A stretch of 64,000 nt of DNA from Promethearchaeota archaeon. Lineage in GTDB: Archaea; Asgardarchaeota; Lokiarchaeia; Sigyniarchaeales; SOKP01. The stretch lies in NCBI GenBank assembly GCA_030603385.1, contig JAUVXW010000003.1:124637-188636 (forward strand). Reading direction: 5' to 3'. A program made the position numbers and the translations under genes. Of this stretch, positions 40,477 through 49,094 are shown in pieces. The first letter of the stretch is position 1, and each line of letters begins with the position of its first letter. Below the pieces are notes generated by a model that was not told where the DNA came from, made no database searches, and was given only the letters and a program-made list of their open reading frames with translations.

Positions 40477-41271
40477 ATGTGTTCAGAAGTTACTAATACG
40501 AAAGTTGATAAAAAAGAGAAATTTAACCATCTTCCCTCTTACGAAATAGTAAATAAGGCATACTGGTTTCAATGGCTGATTGTATTTCTATTAATTGCTT
40601 TAGTAGCAATTATAACTTTTCAATTTATAATAATTGAACTATCAAGAAGTTTAATTATAGCTATATACGTTTTCGATGGGTTCTTACTCTTTTTTCCTTT
40701 TTTTTTTGGATTTTTCCTTAAAAAAACTATTCGAACCTTCATAATTGAAGAGAGTAATCCTTTAAAGAATGAAGGCAACAATAGCCAATTAATATATAGG
40801 GTTCAAATGAGAAAATTAAAAATATCATCAAAATCTTTTCACTTAAATGAAATAAAGAGGTTTGAAGTTATTCAGCAAATGAAAAGAAATAATTTAAAAT
40901 GGTATTGTGCTTTAGTTTTTAATTCGGGAGAGTATTTGACTATTACAACTACTTTAGATGAGCCATTAACGTTCCATTATGCTAAAGAACTAAATAAATT
41001 CTTAGCGTTAAATACTTCTTTAGATAAGAATTTGTTGAAACAAGAATTAGCTCCTTATATTCCCTCAAAAGAACAAACAAAGATTATATTGTTTAGATCT
41101 TTAAAAATATTGGTATTTATCATTACTATGGTTTTTTTAGGCATACTTTCCATCATATTTTGGATCGGGAATATTGAGCTCCTCCCTGGTTTTATAATTC
41201 TTTCCGTTGGTCTATGTATCAATGTTTTTTTAATAATTGCTTTAAATGGCGCCACTTTCGATAGTCTTTGA
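40477..41271 (+). CDS. Hypothetical membrane protein (2 + 2 TM helices around a soluble domain)
   Basis: 264-aa ORF with hydrophobic pairs at both ends. Confidence 0.6.
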   Translation: MCSEVTNTKVDKKEKFNHLPSYEIVNKAYWFQWLIVFLLIALVAIITFQFIIIELSRSLIIAIYVFDGFLLFFPFFFGFFLKKTIRTFIIEESNPLKNEGNNSQLIYRVQMRKLKISSKSFHLNEIKRFEVIQQMKRNNLKWYCALVFNSGEYLTITTTLDEPLTFHYAKELNKFLALNTSLDKNLLKQELAPYIPSKEQTKIILFRSLKILVFIITMVFLGILSIIFWIGNIELLPGFIILSVGLCINVFLIIALNGATFDSL

Positions 41272-41371
41272 GGAATAAGATATTTGTCGAACCATTAATA
41301 AAGGGGCTACATTACAAATGAATGTGAAATTACAAATGAATGCGATAAACAAGATTCTAATAAACCTTTAA

Positions 41372-42807
41372 TTATCTATGGAAATTCTCTGTCAACTGTT
41401 CTGTTCTTTTATTGATTATGACCTGAATTCTTTCTTTATCCTTTTGATAAAATTTTAAAGCGAGAATCCATGCTAAAACTCCTGGTAGTGCTATTATTAT
41501 TGAAATTAATGCAGCTAATTGAAAATTATGATTTAAAAGAGATAATATAAGACCCCCTAATAGCGGTCCGAAGCCATTACCTAAAGATTCCAAAAACTGG
41601 TTCCATGCCCTTATTTGCCCTTGAGCTTCGGGAAGATTAATTTCTTGTAATATTGGTGGTTGGTTTATGTTATAAATTCCCCTAATGGATCGTTGACTAA
41701 AAATCAGTATTCCAGCAATCCAAATGAGTGGGAATTTAAAAATGATCGCAATGTTAGAACCTTCATCTGGCATTAATTGAGGAAATGGAAGAAAAAAATA
41801 GATGAATACAATAAAAAAACATGCAATTAGACTAATAATTATAAATTTAATACGAATAATTGGTTTCTTTTTTCCAATTTTATCGGTTTTTTTTGCCAAT
41901 AATAATTGGCTCATTAACGCACCTGGAAAGCCAAACCCTATTAAAATTATCATTGTATTAAAAGGAGATATGTTATGGGGAGGTGTTTGAATATATGGTA
42001 TTATTAAATTTTCAGTCATTTTAAAAAAAATACATGTAAATAATCCCTCAATTAGTGCAACAAGGTTGGTTTTACTCAACATTGTAGAGCGAAGAGTTTC
42101 CTTATTAATTTGATACTGATATGTTATTTCACTCGTTTGGATTATTTGTTTAATTCCCTCCGTTTGAGCAGCTCTTTTAGGTTCTGTTAATGAAAATCCA
42201 GTATAGATTACAGATGCGAAAATGATAATACCAAAAATCATAAAGAATTGGCTCCAATACCCTAAGGGTATGAGAAAAGAGCTTAAAAAAGGGCAGATGA
42301 GATATGAAATCATATCAATTGTACCTAATACTCCAAAAAATTGAGACCTTTGATCACTTTCTAAAACATCATTCGAAAGTGAATGGATTGCAGGGCGAAT
42401 TAATCCACCAGAACTTCCCAAACCTATAATGGTAATAAAAACCAACCAAAAACTTAAATAACCCTTACCATAGGTATGAGTGCGAGGATTATCAGGAGAA
42501 TCACTTTTATTAAATAGCTTCCTAAGATTATTTTTTTTCGAGAATATTTATCAACCATCTTCCCTAGAAAGAGCCCGGTTATAGAAACTGACCAGAATAG
42601 GGCTGCTAAGATAAGACCAATTTCAAAAGCATGATATTGTTCACCAGGCCATATTAGATATGAGATAGGGACGATATTCACAACAAACGAGGTTACAATC
42701 ATCTCGTAAAATCCTCTAACTAGAAATATACCACTAAAACCCTTTCTTATATTTGATTTTTTAGATTTAGCGTTCTGCATTGGATTAGTTTTCAGATGTT
42801 TTTTCAC
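41372..42807 (-). pseudogene. MFS transporter split by a one-base frameshift near 42472
   Basis: The 5' ORF has motif A (GKMVDKYSRKK). The shifted frame continues ...LIP|YGKGYLSFWLVFITIIG into the 357-aa ORF. This may be a sequencing error. Confidence 0.75.
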
Positions 42808-42913
42808 AAATTATCAAGAATATTTGAAGGAATCTTTTAAATTATTCTATAGAAGAATTAAAATAGTACAAATAATTAGAACTAAAAATTTCTCTGTTTA
42901 ATTTTTTTTCTAA

Positions 42914-44278
42914 TTATAGTAAATAAGATGATTCACTTGGAAGAACAAGACCGACAGGTGGATTAACACACCAGATATAATGACCATCATCTATTTTCAT
43001 TTTGTGAGGATTCATGTTCTCACATTCAGGTGTACGCGCATCTGAGGAACATCTAGGATTAAAATAGCAACCACTAGGAGGAAAAACAGGACTCGGTACT
43101 TCTCCTTTAAGAATTATCTTCTCTCTTCTATGTTCTGGATCGATTGTAGAGCGAGCTGAGAGTAAAGCTATTGAATATGGATGTGTTGTATTTTCAAAAA
43201 TTTGATCAAGATTTCCAGTTTCGACAAATTTCCCTAGGTACATAACAGCAACACGGTCTGCAATATGATGGATCACAGATAAATCATGAGTGATGAATAA
43301 ATAAGTATAACCATACGTTCTTTGGAGATCCTTAAGTAAATTGAGAATTTGCGCCTGCACTGACACATCTAATGCTGAAGTAGGTTCATCAAGTATGATT
43401 AATTTTGGGTTACAAGCGAGAGCACGAGCAATTATTATTCGCTGCTTTTGTCCCCCCGAAAATTCATGTGGAAAACGATCCAAATGCTCCCTTTTCATAG
43501 AGACTATCTTCAGCAGTTCAAGTACTCTTTGACGGAGTATAATATTATTAGTTATTCCCATTAAATTTCTAAGTGGTTCAGAAATAATATCAATGATTTT
43601 CTTTCTTGGATTAAGGGATGCGTCTGGATCTTGAAATATTACTTGAATTTTTTGGCGTTGTAGTTGCGTAAATCGATGAGATAAGGGTTTACCCTCAAAG
43701 AATATTTGTCCTGATTTTTTTTTCACTAGCCCTAAGATTGTTCGAGCAATAGTAGTTTTACCACATCCACTTTCACCTACTAATCCAAGCGTTTCACCAC
43801 TTTCTAATTCAAATGATACACCATTTACAGCTTTAACGTCTGCGAAATGCCTTTTGAATAAACCTTTATAAATTGGATAATATGTTCTAAGATCTTCCAC
43901 CTTTAAAAGGGTTATTCCTTTCTCTATTGGCTTTTGACTTCGGATTTCCATATACGGTATAGTTTTGTAAGTAAAAATCTTTATTATATAATTAAGTAGA
44001 AATGTGAGGATAGCCAACGGAAACCAATATACTGGTGCCATAACTCCGAAATTTTGACCTAAACGGAAATATTCAAGGATAATATAAAAATATACCGGAA
44101 AAATAGTTATAACTACTGTAAGTAAATAGATCATTGGTTTTAGCAATTGGGACTTATCCCCCCAACTTGTAAAAAAAAGAACCAGTGCTAAGAAGAGAAT
44201 TAGAGATGCACCTAATAATAATATCGATAGTAATAAAGGATCAATTGCTTCAATAACTTGAAATACGATGTATATCAT
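42914..44278 (-). CDS. Oligopeptide/dipeptide ABC ATPase (OppF/DppF-like) with N-terminal TM domain
   Basis: GESGCGKT, FSGGQKQR, LDEPTSALD, GCYFNPRC; ~100-aa hydrophobic N-terminus. Confidence 0.88.
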   Translation of the reverse strand: MIYIVFQVIEAIDPLLLSILLLGASLILFLALVLFFTSWGDKSQLLKPMIYLLTVVITIFPVYFYIILEYFRLGQNFGVMAPVYWFPLAILTFLLNYIIKIFTYKTIPYMEIRSQKPIEKGITLLKVEDLRTYYPIYKGLFKRHFADVKAVNGVSFELESGETLGLVGESGCGKTTIARTILGLVKKKSGQIFFEGKPLSHRFTQLQRQKIQVIFQDPDASLNPRKKIIDIISEPLRNLMGITNNIILRQRVLELLKIVSMKREHLDRFPHEFSGGQKQRIIIARALACNPKLIILDEPTSALDVSVQAQILNLLKDLQRTYGYTYLFITHDLSVIHHIADRVAVMYLGKFVETGNLDQIFENTTHPYSIALLSARSTIDPEHRREKIILKGEVPSPVFPPSGCYFNPRCSSDARTPECENMNPHKMKIDDGHYIWCVNPPVGLVLPSESSYLL

Positions 44279-44280
44279 TA

Positions 44281-45960
44281 TTATAATCCCTCTTCTTTAA
44301 TTTTTTTTTGTTGTTCAAATACTGGTGGAACAAGATCTTTATATGCTGGGTCGTAAAGATGGCATGCCACAAAATATCCTGGTTCGACTTCTAATTGCTT
44401 GGGATTGATTGTGGGACAAGGTTCAAAACAGTATTCACACCTGGGATGAAATCGACAACCACCCGGTGGATATATCAAGTTGGGGACCATACCAGGAATG
44501 GTTAATAGGTTTTCTACCTTTTTTTCTACACGAGGGATTGCTTTGATTAAACCTTGTGTGTATGGATGATAAGGTTTTTTAAATAATTGAAAAATTGTTC
44601 CATATTCTACGATATAACCACTATACATCACTGCCACTCGGTCGCAAATTTCGGAAATTAGCCCAAGATCGTGAGTTATCATTAAAATCGAAGTTTTAAA
44701 ACCCTTTTGGAGGCGTTTTATTAATTGTAGAATCTGAGCTTGAATCGTGACATCTAAAGCTGTGGTAGGTTCATCCGCAATAAGCAGTTTTGGACTACAT
44801 GATAATGCTATCGCAATCATGACTCGTTGACGCATACCACCGCTGAGTTCGTGTGGGTAACGATCTAAAATCGCGTCTGGATCAGCAATTCCTACATCTT
44901 TGATGACTTTAGCAGCCCATTTTCTTGCAATTGCGAAGATATTAATATATTTTTCAATCTCTTTTAATTCTTCTTTTAATACTTTCTCTTCACTTAAAAG
45001 ACTCAATAGTTCATCTTCTTCTAGTTCAATTTTTTCAAGATTCTTTGAACTATCTTTTATATTTGGGTCTTCTGACTTAATTGTAATTGTAGTAATTTTC
45101 TCCTTAATCAGATCCATTAATCCCTTTTTTGAAGCAAGATCTGTTTTAATTACATCGTTTTTTAGGGCAGATTTGCCTGCTTCAGCATATAACTCATCCA
45201 TCTTATGATTTAGATAGACCTCTATAATCTGATCACCAACTTTCATTACAGGATTTAGTGAATTTAATGGATCTTGAAAAATCATTGTAATTTGATCTCC
45301 TCGGTATGTTCGCATTTCTTCCCCAGATAATTTTAATAGATCAACTCCTTGGAATAGGACTTTGCCCCCTACTATTTCACCAGGAGATCTGATTAATTGA
45401 AGAATAGATAATGCTGTAACAGATTTACCGCACCCTGTCTCACCAACTAATCCAAGAACTTCATCTTCATAAATCTGAAAGGTTACTCCTTCCACAGCTC
45501 TAACAATTCCCTCTTCTGTGTAAAAATACGTGACTAAACCTTGCACATCTAAAAGCACTTTTTCTTTTTTTAAACTTTCTTCAATCCGTTTTCGCTCCTC
45601 GTCTTTTTCCTTTAATCGATCTTCTAAGCCAATAAGACTTTTTTTGGTTTCATCTCGAACAAATTTCTTTGTAAAAATCCAATTTATAACAAAGAATAGG
45701 ATAACTAAGATAATATGCCAAATTAATGGAATAAAAAATCCTAAACCCATCCCCAGAATGAAGAATTGAAGCGTCCAAATACCATAAGAAATAGCAGCAG
45801 CTATTAAACTGCTCTTTAATAATATATCTTCGGAAACTCTTTTGGTGAATGATATTATTGAGTTAATTAGACGGGATAAAAAAAATGAAATTACGATTAG
45901 TAATCCTGGAAATACAAGGCTATTTACTAGATATGAGACCGTCACAACAACGAACATCAT
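44281..45960 (-). CDS. Oligopeptide/dipeptide ABC ATPase (OppD/DppD-like) with N-terminal TM domain and coiled-coil insert
   Basis: GETGCGKS, LSGGMRQR, ADEPTTALD, GCRFHPRC...VACH. Confidence 0.88.
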   Translation of the reverse strand: MMFVVVTVSYLVNSLVFPGLLIVISFFLSRLINSIISFTKRVSEDILLKSSLIAAAISYGIWTLQFFILGMGLGFFIPLIWHIILVILFFVINWIFTKKFVRDETKKSLIGLEDRLKEKDEERKRIEESLKKEKVLLDVQGLVTYFYTEEGIVRAVEGVTFQIYEDEVLGLVGETGCGKSVTALSILQLIRSPGEIVGGKVLFQGVDLLKLSGEEMRTYRGDQITMIFQDPLNSLNPVMKVGDQIIEVYLNHKMDELYAEAGKSALKNDVIKTDLASKKGLMDLIKEKITTITIKSEDPNIKDSSKNLEKIELEEDELLSLLSEEKVLKEELKEIEKYINIFAIARKWAAKVIKDVGIADPDAILDRYPHELSGGMRQRVMIAIALSCSPKLLIADEPTTALDVTIQAQILQLIKRLQKGFKTSILMITHDLGLISEICDRVAVMYSGYIVEYGTIFQLFKKPYHPYTQGLIKAIPRVEKKVENLLTIPGMVPNLIYPPGGCRFHPRCEYCFEPCPTINPKQLEVEPGYFVACHLYDPAYKDLVPPVFEQQKKIKEEGL

Positions 45961-45965
45961 TTATA

Positions 45966-46970
45966 TCATCCCTTCAACAATTTTTTCAATTTTGGATCTA
46001 GGGAATCCCGCAAACCATCACCTATAAGTTGAAAACCAAGAGCTGTGATTACAATCCACATACCTGGCCAAAACATTGCATATGGATCTCGGTACATATG
46101 GCCCGATGCTTGATTGATATCCCAGCCCCATGTTGGTATATCCGAAACTGCAAATCCTAGAAACGCTAATCCTCCAACAGTCAACGTAGCGACCGCGATA
46201 TGGAAAGAAACCCTCACAATAAGAGGTGAAGCGGCATTTGGGAGGATATGTTTAAACATAATTTTAAATCTCGAAGCTCCTGAGGTTTTAGCAGCATCAA
46301 CATACAATTTTGACTTTTCCTGTAATGTTGAAGCGCGAGAGATACGGGCATATGAAGGTATAGCGGCAAGTCCGATCCCTATCATTATAACATTCATTTG
46401 ATTTCCCCACATTGCAATAAAAATAAATGCAAGAATTAAAGATGGAAAAACCGAAAAAATATCCACTACTCGCATTAATATATTATCAACCCACCCGCCA
46501 GCATAAGCCGAAATTATACCAACTATAGTTCCTAAAACGAACGAGATTACTACAGCCAAAAAGGCAACTTGTAATGAATACCTAGTCCCCCATATATTCC
46601 TAGCAAGGATATCCCATCCTGATTCGCCAATTCCGAGAGGATGATTGGGTGAAGGTGGAGTATAGGGAATTTCATCAGTATTAACCCATACAGCAATATC
46701 ATCGAAAGTGTATTTAGAAGCCCAATCGGGAAATATAGCACACCAAAGTATAAATAAAATACATGCCATTCCTAATATGGTTAATGGTGAAAGAAATCTT
46801 CTGAAAAACGTTCGTTTGGATTGAATTTTACCAAGTTCATATTCTACCTTGTTTATCTCACGAGCACGAAAACATGGAAGTAAAAAGAACTTTAAATACC
46901 GGATCAATTTTTTTTTCTTTGTTTCACCTTCCAATTTTATGACATTTTCAAATGTTTTTAATTTTTTCAT
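45966..46970 (-). CDS. ABC peptide transporter permease (OppC/DppC-like)
   Basis: HPLG, YVDAAKTSGAS EAA motif, KHILPN, GDGLRDSLDP. Confidence 0.9.
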   Translation of the reverse strand: MKKLKTFENVIKLEGETKKKKLIRYLKFFLLPCFRAREINKVEYELGKIQSKRTFFRRFLSPLTILGMACILFILWCAIFPDWASKYTFDDIAVWVNTDEIPYTPPSPNHPLGIGESGWDILARNIWGTRYSLQVAFLAVVISFVLGTIVGIISAYAGGWVDNILMRVVDIFSVFPSLILAFIFIAMWGNQMNVIMIGIGLAAIPSYARISRASTLQEKSKLYVDAAKTSGASRFKIMFKHILPNAASPLIVRVSFHIAVATLTVGGLAFLGFAVSDIPTWGWDINQASGHMYRDPYAMFWPGMWIVITALGFQLIGDGLRDSLDPKLKKLLKG

Positions 46971-46988
46971 ATTTTTTTCACTCTCCTC

Positions 46989-48197
46989 CTACTTATAGAC
47001 GATTCGCGGATCGAGCACTGCGTATAGTACATCAACTACTATATTTATAATTATAACAATAAGGCAGAAAATTACAACACAACCCCGTATCATAAAGTAA
47101 TCTACTTCTTGAAATGCGTTAACCATAGCCTTACCTATTCCATTAAAGTCAAATATATATTCAATATAGGCGGCTCCAGCCACAAAGAACCCAACATTAA
47201 ATCCAACGAAAGTTGAATACGGAATTAAAGCATTCCGGTATGCATGTTTGTTTATGACATCTTTTTCCGGACTCCCTTTTGCTCTAGCTGTTCGAATATA
47301 ATCCTCTTCGATCACATCTAACATGCACGATCTACTAAAACGGAGTGTATGCCCAAAAACTGTCATAAAAAATACTATTGAAGGTAGTATCAGATGCAAG
47401 AGGGTATCTATAAATAAATCCAACTGATTACTTAAAAGCGTATCAATTAACCGAAACCCAGTAACAGTTGGGACGTTCCTATGAATATATCTAGTAGAAT
47501 ACAGTCCCACAACCGGAATATCGATTAGAGCTAATATTAGTATGAACATGCTAAAAAATAACAAAATATACAAACCAGAAAATAAAGGTTTCCTATATCT
47601 CCAATTCTCATTTATAAATTTCTTACTAAGTATAAATACGATTAATACGGAAATAAAAGAAACTAATAAAAACCCAATCAAATTGGGAATTACCGCTCTA
47701 AATAGATACTGCATTACGAGGGCAACCCAAAAAGCTGGTAGGGAAACCATCATAATTGCAGTTCCCCGGACTGCATGATCCCCTTTTTCACCTCTATGAG
47801 TTGCGGTATATTTTCCTAATTTTGCAGCCGTTACATTAACTATAATTATTGGAATAATTGCAAGTTCTAACGTATGAGGGAAATAAACCTTTATCAAATC
47901 AAACACATCAGTTCCTTGATGTTGCAGACTAATCGAAAGTCCCCATTCACCCCTAAAAATTCCTAGTAAAAAATCCCATAATTGCGCGAACCAGGGCTTA
48001 TCAAACCCATATTGACGCATATAATCTAGTCTAATTATTTCTCTTTGGGATGGGTCTTCTGCAGTTACTCGAGCCATAAGTGCTTGTATCGGATCACCCG
48101 GAATAAATCCAATAAAAATCCAAAGCAAAGCTATTACTACAATAAACATTACAACAGCAATAAGAAGCCTTTTAATAATATAGGAAACCAAGCTCAT
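46989..48197 (-). CDS. ABC peptide transporter permease (OppB/DppB-like)
   Basis: YIIKRLL, PGDP, DYIRTARAKG, YAVLDPR. Confidence 0.9.
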   Translation of the reverse strand: MSLVSYIIKRLLIAVVMFIVVIALLWIFIGFIPGDPIQALMARVTAEDPSQREIIRLDYMRQYGFDKPWFAQLWDFLLGIFRGEWGLSISLQHQGTDVFDLIKVYFPHTLELAIIPIIIVNVTAAKLGKYTATHRGEKGDHAVRGTAIMMVSLPAFWVALVMQYLFRAVIPNLIGFLLVSFISVLIVFILSKKFINENWRYRKPLFSGLYILLFFSMFILILALIDIPVVGLYSTRYIHRNVPTVTGFRLIDTLLSNQLDLFIDTLLHLILPSIVFFMTVFGHTLRFSRSCMLDVIEEDYIRTARAKGSPEKDVINKHAYRNALIPYSTFVGFNVGFFVAGAAYIEYIFDFNGIGKAMVNAFQEVDYFMIRGCVVIFCLIVIIINIVVDVLYAVLDPRIVYK

Positions 48198-48201
48198 CTT
48201 A

Positions 48202-48816
48202 TCACACCCTTAATTTTTCCACTTCTTTTTTCTCCTCATTTTCTAACGTTTTCCCTAAAAAAGATTCCTCCTTTTTAATATAAATCCTGACCAGTTCTTT
48301 TACTTGCCATCCAGTAAACGCTCCGGCTAAATTGATTGCAAATAATATCAAAATATTCACCCATCCCTGCCAACTACCAAAAAGCAATATAAAAGGTGAT
48401 ATTGCATTCCAACTAGCATCAGCACTAGGTCTCCAATTATTAATATAAAAATACCAAAAAAATGAACATGAAATAATAAAGGGTACAAACCATATAGCAT
48501 GTTTGAAACCGTATAAGTAGATGTCTTCTTTGTAAGTCAGTATGAAACAAGTAAAAAATAGTATCAAAACCGGAATTATACCAAAATTTATCCAGTTCTC
48601 GGAGTTTGGTATTTGCAGGATCCCCGAAAAAAACCATTCATCTACCTTAGGAAAAGCCAAATATAACCAGATTAACTCTTCATGGATCTCGCGCTTGAAT
48701 GCTTCAGCAATTACTCCAAAAAATGCAAAAAAAATAATGAGAAGTGCTAAAAATAATTTCCCTTGCCTTCCGGAATCGAAAAAGAAATGATCCTCCTGTT
48801 TGGTATCAATTCTCAC
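48202..48816 (-). CDS. Hypothetical 4-TM membrane protein heading the ABC permease operon
   Basis: Hydrophobic 204-aa ORF ending 4 nt before oppB. Confidence 0.65.
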   Translation of the reverse strand: MRIDTKQEDHFFFDSGRQGKLFLALLIIFFAFFGVIAEAFKREIHEELIWLYLAFPKVDEWFFSGILQIPNSENWINFGIIPVLILFFTCFILTYKEDIYLYGFKHAIWFVPFIISCSFFWYFYINNWRPSADASWNAISPFILLFGSWQGWVNILILFAINLAGAFTGWQVKELVRIYIKKEESFLGKTLENEEKKEVEKLRV

Positions 48817-49094
48817 AGTGATTTACTCTTTAAGATTCTTTAAAAACTGATTAAAATAGATAATATATACTAAGTATACTTTTTTTTTTAGTTTTATAAT
48901 TTATTTTTACTTTTAGGTTTTATAATTTATAAATATTTTCAATATTGAACTGAACGATTTGATTTGCTTAATAATTGAATTCATTCATTAGATGATTTTT
49001 ACTTGATTATTTTTTTCTATGAAACAAGAAGCTAAGGTTTCGCGGCATTTAATATTATGTGAATAATTAAAAAAAAAAATTGTTATTAATATTT

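Noticed and set aside
41311-41346. Two 18-bp tandem units (ATTACAAATGAATGTGAA / ATTACAAATGAATGCGAT)
   Set aside because: Only two copies with no spacers, so not CRISPR; most likely a local slippage duplication between convergent genes
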